Assembly: GCA_976551045.1 (NCBI GenBank)
Contig: CDPCPM010000011.1
Location: forward strand, 5,270,001 to 5,334,000
DNA length: 64,000 bases
From: Glaucostegus cemiculus
Lineage: Eukaryota
Direction of reading: 5' to 3'
The position numbers and the translations under genes were made by a program. Shown piece after piece: positions 14,270 to 27,482 of this stretch; the stretch's first letter is position 1; every line of letters starts with the position of its first letter. The notes under the pieces are model-generated. The model saw only the letters and a program-made list of their open reading frames with translations, had not been told where the DNA came from and did not search any database.

Positions 14270-15559
14270 GAACAGATTCCATCCTTCGATTGGTAATCTT
14301 TGGAGTACTACAAGATCTTATCTTTGGGCCTTTCCTCTTTAAAAAATATGCATATTAATAAGCTGTTTGTACCTACAGACATACAGTAATATGCAGATGT
14401 TACCATTTTTAATATATAAATCATCTTTGTTAAGGAGGTATCAGCTGCATTTTCCAAAAAGTGGCGTGAAGCAGGATCAGTAAAAATGATTTACTGATGC
14501 AAAATACTGACTTAAAAAAAATCCTTGCAAACTGTTGACAACATAGAATTATATTGTCTTATATTAATATTGTAGTAACATAACTGGCAGAATTTTTCCT
14601 CTATGAACCTTGTATAATGAAATTGTAAAACTGCTTGTAAAGGATGTGTTCACAATTTTACTGCATGCCAAGGAAATCTTGCCCTATTCTTTTATATTTG
14701 TTTTCAATTTACTAACAGAGCCTAGTGATAGAGTGAAATTGAATATAAATTGCCCACCCTGGATAAAAATGCCATATTAATAAAGTAAAATTGAGTTATC
14801 GTTTTCTAGTTTCTGTTTTACTATCGTACAAACAGAAATGATTGAACAGCTTTATTCTTATCATTGAATATCATCAAGACCACTTGTACCTTGCCTCTAT
14901 GAGTTGTTACATTGCTGTCCCTAAGGAAAAGAGAATGTTCCTCAGGAAACTGAATTACCAAATGGTAATGAAGTTTGTAACCCACAAGTTTCCAATTTCC
15001 TTCAAAACAGATTTTTTGTTTGTACTTGATTTGGGAGTAAGGTGTAGTTTTGCTCATATTTTTCAATCCTTCTAATCTGCTTATCACAGTGCCTTTGAGA
15101 AGGGGTTTAATCAGGTAATGCTCTCACAATCATTAGCAAATTTTCCTACCATTATTTGTGCTTTCTGGGAGTTTATCAATTTGGTTGACAATCTCGGTAA
15201 ATATTAGATGCAGATAGTACAATAGTGCTCAAAAGATCACTGAAAGCTTCTTAGCAACAGTGACTCTTTTGTCTTGAAAGGTTTCAGGATAGGTATTTAA
15301 ATTGTGGAAATAAGATACACACAATATACAGCAATCAAAGGATAATTTAGGTTACTTTTTTCCTCAAATGTATCAAACACATTTTATTGAAATCTAATAC
15401 AATAGCAATCACTTCTATTCCAACTGTCCTCAGCAATAACTGTCCTCATAGTTTAATTAAATGTCTTGGCCTATGCCCACAGCATTTAAATCAGCATTGA
15501 AGCCATTTACTGCCTTTTCCATTTCAGAAAAAAATGTAAGTTACTGCTTAATTGTTTAT

Positions 15560-16160
15560 AGCTTCCTCATAAATAGGAAAGGTACGAATGGAACTCCCTG
15601 TCTTTGCCTTACCCCTGGCTTTAGCATGAATTTAATATGACTCTTCAAAACGGCAATGTAGACAGAGTCTACTGTAATGCATGGCGGTTTGACATTCATG
15701 AGGGCTTGACCTTTTAACCACACCCAGTCTAGCGTGAATATTGTACTGCTTCTGACAGTCATGCTTTTCTGAATAAAATCAATGAATCTTATTTTAATAT
15801 TTGCATTTAGCCCCTCTCTTTTCCTGTAAATGGCTCTGCTGAATTTTTATGCAGAGAAGCGCAGAAAATTTATGGCCACAATTAGACCATTGCAGTCTGG
15901 TGAGCAAGCAATTACGAGCCTGCTGTTCAGCAATCCATAGAGTCTGACCAAGTCTCAACTCCCAGGCGCCACTCAGCTCAGTCCCCTAGCACACAACACT
16001 AAACTCTCATTTTCAGCAAAATTAATATTTTCCCATTTATTTTCTCTGTATTCACAATTGCAGAGTTATTAATTATGAGGAAAGGGAATGTCATAAATAT
16101 CATAGGTTGAAGTATGCACAATAATGCCTGTATAATTTCTGTTAATTGCCTAGAAGCAAT
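15560..16160. promoter_or_regulatory. Candidate conserved non-coding element / enhancer
   Basis: Unique sequence with octamer ATTTGCAT, TTTATGG (Hox/Cdx-like), multiple TAAT cores and retained CpGs; conservation not tested. Confidence 0.3.
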
Positions 16161-16879
16161 TCTTTAAGATAAAAATCTCTTCAATATAAAGGGAATGTTT
16201 ATTTCCAAGTTTTATACTATAATATACAAGTTAATATCACTGGGTTATTCCAATTGAATAAACAGTTCTAAGTCAACGGAAATTACCACGCACTGTTAAT
16301 CATTCTGACATTCTAATAGAAAGCTCTTAGGTGAACGTACAATAGAAGTAATAGTGGAATTTTTAATGAAGTACAGAATTTCTGTCACATAGTCTTCCAA
16401 ATAAGAATCCTTTCATTATTTCACAGGCACAGAAATAATATTCTGTGCATTATTAAACAGCAGTTTAAGAAAACCCATAGATACTCTTTGTTAACCTGAT
16501 TTTTCTTCTGAGAAAATTCAAAGTGGAGACATTTTTTTTGCACAAAATGCCACTTCAAGCAAAACTACATTCCAAGTAGAACAGCTTTTAAGACAACATT
16601 ACTGGTTTTCTGTAATATGAAATTGTGTTCAATTAATATTTGCAATAGATTGTAAGACAACAATTTCAATATTAAATTTTGATAAATGTTATATTATATC
16701 ATCTACTTAATTCATCTCTTCCTCTGCCAGCCTGGTTAATCAGTTATTTACTGTCTGAAGGTACACTTAGTAAGATTAATTTATTATTACTGAAAATTCA
16801 TAAAAAGCACAATTGCAGCATAAGGTTAACTGAGTTACTAAAGTGTGGATATCTTATTGTCCATTAGTTATTAGCCATT

Positions 16880-17080
16880 TCTTGATTGGTGGTGCTCCTT
16901 CCTATGAGCCAGAAAATTGTGGGTTTCCATCACACTTCAGAGACTTGACCATGTTATTCAGGCGGACACTGAGGAAGTGTTGCATTGATGAAGTGGATGA
17001 GATGCAGAGCTAAATGTCCCCCTCTCAAGAGGATTAAAAAGATTAAGTAGAAGCTCAACAATGCTTCAACAGTATCACAG
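16880..17080 (+). mobile_element. Deu-domain SINE (SacSINE1-like), 5' part
   Basis: Similar to the 42160-42590 copy (gagccagaaaattgtgggttt, ttcaggcggacactgaggaagtg). Confidence 0.5.
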
Positions 17081-17690
17081 CACAGTTAATGGAAGAAGTT
17101 CATTTGGCCTGTCGAATCTGTACTGGCTTTATGCAAGAGCAATCCAGTCCATCTCTTTTGCCATTGCCCTGCAAATTCTTTCCTTTCCTTATCCAGCTGC
17201 AAATGAATCTTCCTTCACTATTATCCTGGCAGTGAAATCCAGTCACAAACCTACAGTTGCATAAAATAATCTCCTTCTTCATGTCACTCCTTGCCAATCA
17301 GCTTCATTTTGTCCCCACATTTTGACCCTTCTAACAACCAGAACAGTTTCTTTCTATATATTCAGTCTACATCTTTCATAGTTTTACATGCCTTAATCAC
17401 ATTGCCTAACAAGCCTCTGTTCCACTGAGAACAACCCTGGCTTTTTCAGTCAATCCACAAAACCAAAGCCTTCCTCCCAGTACTCACTTTAGTCAAGCCC
17501 CCCAGACTTTGTTTAAAGCCTTTACATCTGTTCTAAAGAATGGTACCCTGAACTTGACACAATTATCCAGTTGAAGTTGACAAAGTCTCATTGTGACTGC
17601 CTGCTCTGAAGTTCCCTGTCTATATTAAAAAAAAATACACCTCGTATGCTTTTATAATCACTTTTTCAACCTGCCCTTTCACTTTCAGAC
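17080..17690 (-). mobile_element. Old CR1 LINE 3' fragment
   Basis: Antisense CR1 ORF2 end and 3' UTR (ttcatttggcctgtcgaatctgtactggc; tggtaccctgaacttgacacaa). Confidence 0.6.
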
Positions 17691-17694
17691 TGCC

Positions 17695-17950
17695 TGGAAA
17701 GACAAGGCAGCCAGTGCAAACCTCTTGTCTAAGTCACAGCAATTCCTGAAATGGATTATCAGTTTTGTTCCCTCCCCCAAATCACTGTTTGATCAAAATC
17801 ATGAAAATTAGTACATTACAGAACTGTTAGTGTACCTTCATTTCTAAGGATTGCAGTTGTTAAAGAAGACAGCTCACCATATCTTTTCAAGGGTTCTGGG
17901 TAGGAAAAAAACCCAGCCTTACCTGTGATTCTCAGTCCCAAGCATGAATA
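17695..17950 (+). mobile_element. 3' end of a second CR1-clade family
   Basis: aagaagacagctcaccatatcttttcaaggg matches 19720-19880 and the antisense of about 30830-31050. Confidence 0.5.
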
Positions 17951-17969
17951 AATCTGTGGGTACCACATA

Positions 17970-19160
17970 TAACAAACTGCAGCAGGAATAGGTTAATTGG
18001 TCCCTTGACCCTACTTTGCAATGAAATGAGTTTGTGCCTGATCCAATCTTGGCCACAACAGTACTTTACTACTATCTCTCCCAATATCCCTTGACTGCCT
18101 TGAGGTTCAAATGTCTGACAATCCCTGCCTTGAATATATTCCACAGCTCTCTTGAGCAGAGAATTGCAAAGAGTCACTATCCAATGAGAGAAGAGATTTT
18201 TCATAATAGAATGGTATAATAATAGGATTCTTCCAATGGTCCATCGTAAACAACCAATCCTTTCTTTTGAAACCATGCCTCCAATAGGGGAAACATCTTC
18301 TGAGCATCCACTGTGTCAATCACCTTCAGAGTATTATGTTTCAATAAGATTGTCTGTCTTTCTAAACTTTAATGAATATAAGTCCAACTGTTTAATTTCT
18401 CTTCATACATCAAATTCCATCATTCCAGGAATCGATCCAGTAAATCACTGCTGCACTCCCTCTCATACAAGTATACTCTACCTTAAAGATGAAGACCAAT
18501 ATTGTACGCAGCACTCCAGGTACAGTTTCACTTATAAAACTGAATCAAAGGTTGCTTAATTTTATATTCCACATCTATTGCAATAATGGCCTACACTCCA
18601 TTAGCCTTCCTAATTATTTGCTGTACTTCATTCAATAGGAGCCCAGTTTCCATTGCACCACAACATTTTATAGATTCACTCCATTGAAATAATAATTTAC
18701 TTTTCCATTCTTCCTTTCAAAGTGCATAGCCTCTCATTTTTCAACATTATATTCCTACAGCCAAATTCTTTTGCAGGCTTTTCATGTCATCCTCACAACT
18801 TGTTAACTTTTGTATTGTCAGAAAAGTTGGCTTCAGTACTCTTCATTCCCTCATTGAAATCACTAGTATATATTTTAAATAGTGCAGGCCCCAGCACTGA
18901 TGCTTGTGGCAGCCAGTACCTACTGATTGTCTTCCTGAAAGTGACCAACTCCATGCTTTCTGTTAGTTGGTCAAAATATTATTTCCATCCCCCTGCACTC
19001 CGACCTTGTCTAGTAACCGTCTATGTGGCATCTTACTGAATGCCTTTGGGAAAACCAAATATACTACACTACTAGCTTCCATACAGTTTGTGACATCCTC
19101 AGAGAACACTAGCAAATTTGTGAAATACTATTTCCCTTTCATAAAGTTACATTGACTCTG
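17970..19160 (-). mobile_element. Old CR1 LINE ORF2 fragment
   Basis: Antisense of CR1 motifs (gaccaatattgtacgcagcactccagg; gcaggccccagcactgat = VLGP region; KNLFSHWIVTLCNSL in the 17932-18276 ORF). Confidence 0.75.
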
Positions 19161-19719
19161 CTGGAGACTATACAAGGACAAAATGGTAAAGGAGTAGAGA
19201 GTTATGTTACTGGAGTTAGTTGGGAAAGAACACAAGGAGGCTTGGTTTGAACATAAACAGTGGCACAAACTGATCTGCTACTGCACTGTATGTAATTTAT
19301 GTAAATACAATAGCTAGCATCTAATGATAATAATCTTTGATGAAGGTTGCATATAAATTTTGTCAGGATAATCAGTGGTAGTGAGTAAATGTTCCATCCC
19401 AAGTTATCCACTGTTGGAGAGCCTCATCAGGCTAATATATGTATTAAGGACTAGACCATACACTAATCATTACATTTTCTTAGAATTTTAGCTCTGGTGC
19501 ATTATGAACTTCAGTATATTCAATTGTTGAAGCTGGGAAAAGTCTTGACTTTTAATGTTTTATGTTGAATGAGGCACATTCCTCTTGAAATCACATTTGA
19601 AATTTAATCAATCTGAAATCACTGCTCTTTCTTAAAAAAAAGGTTTCTTTGCAAATAGGCTGTAATTGTAGTAGGTTATCAGGGGGATAAAAACAGGTAA
19701 TATGTAAATACAAGAATTC

Positions 19720-19880
19720 ATTCATTCATTGCCATTGAAACTCCCAGTACTACTTCACTCTGGGTTTACCTTCACTGTAAGAACTACAGTGATTCACCAC
19801 TACTTTCTCAAGGGCAATTAGGAATGAACAATAAATGCTGGATTTTCTAGCAACATCCATATCCCATCAATGAGATAAAG
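19720..19880 (+). mobile_element. CR1-clade 3' end fragment
   Basis: caccactactttctcaagggcaattaggaatgaacaataaatgctgg. Confidence 0.6.
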
Positions 19881-20444
19881 AAAATCCTGGTCCCTCAACA
19901 CCATTGTCACATCAACACCACTTGAGAATTTTTCTGCGAAAAGCAGAACAAGTAACAATTAAAGGATTTACAGAGCAAATAGTTAATAATATGATCAATT
20001 CAAAAACACTTAATTCAGTGTCCAAATGCAAGCTGTTCATAACAGAAGCACATATCTCAGTTGTTCATTGAATAAGCATTTAGGTTTAAGAAAATCATAA
20101 CCTGCTCTCCCGGCAATTTAGTAAGTAGAGCTCAATCTGTATTGGGAACATCCAGATTTGTGTTGAATTAACCCATCTCAGTCAGCTCAATATGAGCACT
20201 AAAAGCAGAAAATGAAAAAAAATCAGAAATAAGAGATTCTATTTCTGGTTACAAGTTAGCAACAGTTAACAAGTGTACATAGATAATTAGCAAGGGAGTA
20301 TTGGGATTGGCTGAGATGAAACTTGTGACTAATTAACATATCAATACAGGGGCTAGGAATTCAGCTCAATCAGTGGCAGAAAATGGACAGTATTGGATCA
20401 GCCAACTGTTATATATTTCTTTTATGTTCTCACATTTAAGGAGG

Positions 20445-20760
20445 AATTCACTACCAATGCCAGCATCTATTGTCCATCCTTACTTGTCCACTAAATTAAA
20501 TTAAATTAAATTAAATTAAATTGTCCACTAAGTTAAGAGTCACAGAGGTCAGACAGGGCAAGGGTGGCAGATTTCCTTCCCTGAAGGACATTAGTGAACC
20601 ACCTGGGTTTTAGTGATAAACCAGCAGTTTCATGTCTAATGTTAACAATGCTTACATTTTAGGTACTTGAATTAAAACAAGCCAGCCATTAATGGTAGTA
20701 TTTGAACTGACATTCAAAGGCCCTGGATGCTATAATCCAGCAAGTTTACTATTATGCTCC
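20445..20760 (-). mobile_element. tRNA-derived SINE sharing its 3' end with the CR1-clade family above
   Basis: gccagcatctattgtccatcctta is antisense of the CR1-clade tail; body ggcagatttccttccctgaaggacattagtgaacc; box B-like tttgaact. Confidence 0.55.
20484..20531. repeat. (TTAAA)n microsatellite flanked by an 11-bp direct repeat
   Basis: ttgtccactaa at 20484-20494 and 20521-20531 around 26 bp of (attaa)n. Confidence 0.9.
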
Positions 20761-21622
20761 AGCAAAGAATCTGTGGCTTGAACAGTTAGATGGAAAAACA
20801 AGATATTTTTTGACAATACAACACCAACCTGTTATATCTGAACACACAAAACAAGGTTGAGACTGCATCCTTGAAGAAGTTCATTTACTTTCTTCAAGAC
20901 TGCTGGTGTTAACGTCTGCAAACACACTGGTTCCAGAGATCAATCATTGACTCAAAATAACCCCAAAAAAGCACCATGACCCCTGCTGGCTTGGAGTAGA
21001 ACAGATTTAATTATGTGTATAGTATAACAATGAATTATATATATTGCTAATGTTCCACCCCACCCCTCCCTCAAATTTAACATATTTAACTTTTTTTTCA
21101 AATATGATGGAGATTTATTTTCTCTGGTAGAGTGTCTGACCTCCACTTGAGGCAGTACAGGGTTATTTTGCTGTTGTCAGTTTGATTTACACTGTACTCA
21201 CAGGTAAAGTGTCCAGGTGATCCATTATCAGCACACCCTGAATCCATTATCAGTTGTCTCTGGCACTGGAAAATGACTGAGAGCAACTGCATTTCCATGG
21301 TTCTTCCTAGTACATTCATATGTTTTCAAGGTCAAAGCCCACCTTTGAACTCACGGAGAAATTGTTTGAGGCAGTGGGTTTCATGGATCACGGAAATCAG
21401 ATATTTTGACCTGTGTAAAAAGTGAAGTGACATCCATAAACATATGTATGGAACTACTGTACTCCAAAGATGACTGTAATGTCTCCTTTACCCTGCCAAG
21501 TGTACATTTTCTCTGCTGCGTTCAGTATTCTGGAAGTAAACCTTATTGGTTTTTTAAAAACAAATTCATTGGTTGAATTCATCCTTTCAGAAGTTTATTT
21601 GCTTCAAGCTTGCTGAGTGCTC

Positions 21623-21786
21623 ATGTCTGCAGATACAGCCCTTGTATAAATGTCTGCAGATACAGCCCTTGTATAAATGTCTGCAGATACAGCCCTTGTA
21701 TAAATGTCTGCAGATACAGCCCTTGTATAAATGTCTGCAGATACAGCCCTTGTATAAATGTCTGCAGATACAGCCCTTGTATAAAT
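21623..21786. repeat. Perfect minisatellite, 27-bp unit x6
   Basis: atgtctgcagatacagcccttgtataa repeated six times without mismatch. Confidence 0.97.
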
Positions 21787-22964
21787 CAAGCAAAATGGCA
21801 TCTGCCAAAGATCAGAAGAGTGGCACAAGACAAACTCTGAAAATCACCACGATCCCTGCTGGTTTGGAGGTAAACAACCATAACCTATACATATTTAATG
21901 ATATATTTCTTACTACAAAATAAATATATTACTACACAACCAGTAATATGGTGGAGCAGAGTGCATGAGAACAAACAAACAATTGTAAGCCAGTAAATAT
22001 CAATATAGTCAGGAAACAGATATTTTTAAAGTGCACAGGAAACAGAAACCACCTCCCAATAAACGCAGGGTAATTTCTATAGGAATGTGCAGTGAACAGA
22101 GGATAATACATAGAAAATAATTCTCAGTCATTTATAGCAGTAAGCCAAGCTTGGCAGACAGGGAATCATCTGATCATTTCCACACTGGCTGGCTTTGTTT
22201 CTCAGAAATTTATTCATGCTTCACTGGATATTTTGTCTCAATTTTCAACATTTTGTGGGAAAAAAATATCCATTCTATGACCTTTTCTTTCCATTTTATT
22301 TTAGATTCCTTCCTTTTATAGAATGCACAGAAAGAACAACAATATGCTATACTACCTCAAAAAGTTAGATTACACAAGCACATGAATTATTGATAATGTT
22401 CAATAAAGCCAATCTAGGTATGCAGTCAGTGAGGTAACCATGAATGTTCCGAATACTGGTGTATTATCTGAGCCAACAAAATCTCTGAAAGATTAGCACA
22501 ATTCATGGATTTTTAAAAAAATATATTCTATCATACATATAATATAAAACTAGAATTATTTTACACAGACATGTATTCTTAAAATACATTACTTTTGCTT
22601 TTTTGATAGAGATACACTTTCTTTCCTTCTGTATGTTTTCAGAATTTATAGTTTTATTAATATCATCAGAAATCTCCCAATTGGGTATTCATTTGGTTTG
22701 GAGCTGTTCTTTTCACTAGGTAGAACTAGAAAGTCAAACAGCTTTGGACCCACGCTTGCAATCTGGCTTCTGCTATCCTCAATGCCCCTGAGATTAGTTA
22801 CAAATTGTTTCAGTTCCATTTTAATGGAACGAACATTCTGAGAATATCAAATTCCAAGTCATTTCATCTATTTGGTAAAGAGTATTGCCTTAGTTCAAAA
22901 CAGCCTTAACAGAGGTGTAGCCAACTTTGCCATAAGAATATTTTAACATTCTATTTTTCAAGAG

Positions 22965-23270
22965 GCAAAGACTTACATTTTTATAACTTTTTTCATGTCC
23001 ATTTCAGGACATCCCAAAGTGCTTTACAAGCAATGAAATATCATTGGTGTATCTTAGTATGGTAGCCCATTTGTGCACAACAAGCTCCTGCAAACTGCAA
23101 TTTGTTAATAAGCAGATAATCTGCTTCTACGAACATTAATTTTGTACTGGGCAGGACACTGAAGTAACTCACCTGCTCTTCTCCGAAATAGTACTATTTT
23201 ACATCCTCCTGGGAGAGCAGAAGGGGTCTATTTTGTCCAAAAGACAATAAATCCATCACCGGAGTCTGAC
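22965..23270 (-). mobile_element. Deu-domain SINE (SacSINE1-like)
   Basis: Antisense of the 42160-42590 copy: ggacatcccaaagtgctttacaagcaatgaa...ctcacctgctcttctccgaaatagt. Confidence 0.65.
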
Positions 23271-23799
23271 TTGGGATATTACTGGAAATACAGAGTTGCC
23301 ATTCATATGTGTACTATCCCATAGAATTGGCAAGAATTTCATATGAAGGAATTGTACATTAACATTCAATGGCATAGACTAGCCTTTCCTTTCAGTTTGT
23401 GCAGTTAGTTTTATAATGTACTGAGACCCATTTCCTCCCAAGGTATAGAGTTAATGTACTAAAACCATCTTATTCATTATATATTTAATCTTATAATATC
23501 AAATCCCAATCACATCTATAGTATAAAATTAAAGGTTATGGTTCCTACTAACTCTCATTTAAACAGAATTTGAATGTACCAAGTCAAATTTGCTTCCATT
23601 GTGCATAATTCCAGTGTTATTAAATTCCATTTAGTCCCAGAGCATAGAATTCAAATGTACAAATTGTATTATACAGAATTCTAATGTGTCAAATCCCAAG
23701 TTTGCTGAATATAACTCATTATTACTAAATCCTATTCAATATTATTCCAGGATATCAAGTTGCTCCTTATTCATTCCCATTATGTAAATTCTAATTCAC

Positions 23800-24060
23800 C
23801 AAATCACTTCCAGCTGACGAACTGAATGAATGTTTTATTGGCGCTCTATTAATAAAGCTATAAACAGAGCATGTTGACAGTTTGAGCGTGTCACAGAATG
23901 CAGAAGAGAGGGCTACATCTATCTGATATTAATGTTGTTTTGTTTGAAACTGACATCTTTGCCATTATTTTCAACAACAAAACCATTTTGAAGGCCACGT
24001 CCTACTCCTAATACAGCTGTTTATGGCTGCAAAACTTGCACCTGCAGATGCTGTTCTTTA
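23800..24060. promoter_or_regulatory. Candidate conserved non-coding element
   Basis: Unique, CpG-retaining block with TTTTATTGG, TGACAG (Meis-like) and TTTATGG motifs. Confidence 0.3.
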
Positions 24061-24539
24061 GGGCCATGGGTTCCTCACTGATTTCAAGTTGGTGACAACT
24101 GCTCAATGCAAGTGTATTCTGCTACCATATTGGTGAGGGTGTTGTATGTGATTCCATTGGGCATATCAAGTGAACAAAGTGGGCAGTTTATGATACCAGC
24201 TGGCTTACAATAATCCCAGCACTGCCAAACTGGTCCCCAATGATTTAAATTAATTCCATCCCTTAACTCAATACTATGGAATATCTATTCAGCCACAGGA
24301 AAATTCCCTATCACTGATTAATTATTTACAGGTTACTTGTTGATTGATTTCCACTGGCTGTTGCAAAGGCTCTATAGAGCTTTGGTGCTTTCTAAGTTGA
24401 CTATAGTCTGCAGGAAATGTAAAGTTGAGTGCTGAAAGACTTTGCCTTGACATCAAGCTTCTCTACAAGTTAATGACTTGTTGACAATGGAGTGTGGCAA
24501 GACCAGGCAAACAGGAGAACCTTTTACATGAAGGATAGG

Positions 24540-24705
24540 TGGGTCAGGAGAATTCAAAAGATTCACTGTCCTTTGGGTGAAGAAATTTCTTCTCATCTTT
24601 GTCCTGAATGACTGATCCTAATTTTGAGACTGAGATCCCCTGAATTCAAACAAACCAGTTGGGAAATATCAACCCCTGAACACCATCAACCCTGTGAAGC
24701 CCCTT
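24540..24705 (-). mobile_element. CR1 fragment
   Basis: gagaattcaaaagattcactgtcctttgggtgaagaaatttcttctcatc is the antisense of the FFTQRVV region. Confidence 0.6.
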
Positions 24706-26674
24706 AAAACAGAAAGGTTGTAGATATGTACTCTTCCAAGAGAACTGGATACTTTTCATTCTTTTCTATGAAAGCGCAGCAGGCAGAGTGCAGATGTGGC
24801 TCGGTGAGGACTGTAGTTTCCATAATGCAGAACATCATCCACTGTATGCACTTTGCTTTGTGAGTACTACATGTCAACTTGGGGTTGGACCAAACTAGGA
24901 AGGATTCTACTTCCCCAATACCCAGCTGGCACATGACCAGATTGGTCAATGCACAGTTTATTGTCAATAATCATTATGCCTTCCGTTTTTTACTAGTTTG
25001 CTTCCAGTTGCATTTGAGCCACCACAACAAACCAAAGCATGACTCTTGTCTCTGATGTGCAAATGCAAATCACACCCATATACATAATAAGTATTTGACA
25101 ATAGCCATGTTGCCACGCACAAAATGGTAGAAGAAACCATTACCGTGCCTAACTGTAACTGCAGCATTTGTGATAGTCTCCTCTAAGTTGCCAACTGAGA
25201 GACTGCATTATCTCAAACCCAAAACCTCCTCTCGGGCGTTTGGACCAAGAAGAGAGCCATAGGTTAAATAGACATGTGCCCTTATTATTCTTTCATGGAA
25301 GATGTGGGCCCTCTCAACAGTTCATTAGCTCTACCATCACTCCGGTCACCTATGAAGGTTGAATGCAGCATTGTTCCTTTTTGCAACATAGTTTTGTTTG
25401 ACAAAAGCAGTAAGATGGTGTCACATTGTTGATATATTCCAATAGTTCAGAGCACAAAGCTCAGAGAGTTCATCTGGGAAAGAGGTGCACCTGGAAACCC
25501 TGTATGTGTCTAGTGGGAGTAGCTGAGTCAGTGATAAGAACACTTAAGGTATGTTTTGTCTACCCTGCCACATCTTAACATTTTCACATGCATCATCTCT
25601 AAACTGGCTGAGACTGCCCACAGGCATTGAGAATTAACCAAAACTAGATGTCGGTCAAGAATAGTGAAACAAATGAGATATATGGAATGGTTTCTGGGGA
25701 TTTGAATCTGTCAATGGAATTGATTAGCTTTGGAGCAGAAGTGCAGCAATCCAGCAACTTTCCTTCATTTGCTCTGTTACTGCACATTGAGAAGCCAATT
25801 TAAAATCTTGGCAGAAGGCCTTGCATTTGCTAATCTATAAATGATGTTCCAAAGTCGTACAATATTAACATCTTGAAAGCCAATACTTGCATGTCATGTT
25901 GTAAGATATTGTTAAAAAATGAAAGAGCTGGATGCAGTGGAAGGTTAGGCAGGAACAGGGTTGACGGCTGAATCTTCTTGACCTGGGCTTGGACCTGTGG
26001 CCTTCAGTTGCTGGCCTGAAGTGTTCTGGACTCCAGTGGCACGGTCTGAACAGCTGCAAGTGTCGCCGTCGAGCACTGTGGAAGATCCTTACGTGAAGTG
26101 TCCAGAAAGTTTCAAAACTGGCTAAGCCCTGATTCTAGCTTTGCTGACAATACAAATTATCAGGGGGTTTTAATAATTTTTAAATGTCTCTGAATGCTGG
26201 TGACATTTAAAAACCAAAGGCCCGATTTTGCCAAACTTTATTATAATGTTGATCAGAATTCTGAGGTAGCCATTAAGGTAAACTTGGGTTTACTTTATCA
26301 TTCTATGAATTCATTGGGAAATATTTTATTGCAGTCGTTTGAAAATAAAGAAAAAGTAATGTTATGTGAAAACATCTGAAATACATAAATAATTAAAAAC
26401 ATAAAACAGATAAAATTAAAAAAGTGAACAAAGCTTCTCCTTTACTTGAAATTAGCTGGGTCTCAGTCCTGCGGCAGGTCTAACCTAGTGCAAGATCTGA
26501 AAGAAGATATCCCCACATACTGTAACTGCTGGGGATTTCAGCAGGGTGGACCTCTATCAGTTGACTCTAGCAAGGAAATGTTTTGAGAAATTTGGCACCA
26601 TCGGTCACTTCTTAAATTTGAGACTTCATGTTTGGAACATGCGAAAGTCTCAGACTAGCTGCTATTGGAACAAC

Positions 26675-26962
26675 TGTAGCGATTCACCTGTATCGGCGAC
26701 TGAACCGGCTCCCGTGGTAGCACACAGTGACAGAACTCCCCGGCCCAAGATGGCGCGGGGCTCTCCGTCTTTATCGACAGCGAACGAAAGCCCACGTGCG
26801 GGAAGGGTCAGCTGACCCACGATGGCGTCAGCAAGGTGACCAGAGCGTGGGAACTGCAGGCTGTATATGAGTGCCATGTAGTAAGTCAATAAACTCACTC
26901 TCTTGTTCAATGACCTCTCGTCTAAGAACTTTAATTTCATTTACTAGTAGCTAGCTGCTACA
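26675..26962 (+). mobile_element. Young solo LTR (288 bp; Gypsy/ERV-type)
   Basis: TGTAGC...GCTACA 6-bp inverted termini, perfect 4-bp TSD CAAC (26671-26674 and 26963-26966), TATA-like tgtatatga at about 26862, AATAAA 26888-26893, CpG-rich. Confidence 0.85.
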
Positions 26963-26969
26963 CAACCAT

Positions 26970-27440
26970 CATTTGCCAATGAAGTCCAGTCCAACATTTA
27001 AGATCGACGGCCTTTTATATGCAGAAGGACAACTGTGTGACATAATTTAACTTCTGACTTCCAGTATCTGAACTATTTTTCTTTCATGTCGGTGTAAAAT
27101 TTAATCTCTTTTTTGACCAGCAGATCTTTTTAAAGGTGTGGTCATTGGGTATAGCAGCTTGGGACCAAAGGTGTTAATATGTGTTTCATTTGGCAAGCTT
27201 GAAATGCCCATCGCAGCAGCAAGCAGCTTCAGTGAATAAGTCTGAGAGATGGGACCTGCCTGATGGGAGAAATAAAAATGAGAAGCAACAAATGGTCGTG
27301 GAAGGTGAGGATGCTCGTCTGTAACAACAACAAATGGTCATTTTGCTTGAACTGCCGTCAGATCCTTGTTATTGCGGTATTGCAGAGGCAGGGAGACACC
27401 ATTAACCTCCTTCAGTTCCTCAATGAACAGCCTACAGTGT
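26970..27440. promoter_or_regulatory. Candidate conserved non-coding element
   Basis: Unique non-repetitive block with retained CpGs, TTTTAT/TAAT cores and a repeated aacaaatggtc motif. Confidence 0.3.
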
Positions 27441-27482
27441 GAAAATGGACAGCAGTGCACCTCTGCATTGTTATGGAGGGAT

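Noticed and set aside
21573-21923. Repeat-protein ORFs or a CRISPR-like array
   Set aside because: Head-to-tail 27-bp repeat with no spacers, in vertebrate DNA with no cas genes
24880-25700. Possible very old non-LTR (Hero-like) RT relic
   Set aside because: Only vague motif echoes; cannot be supported without a profile search
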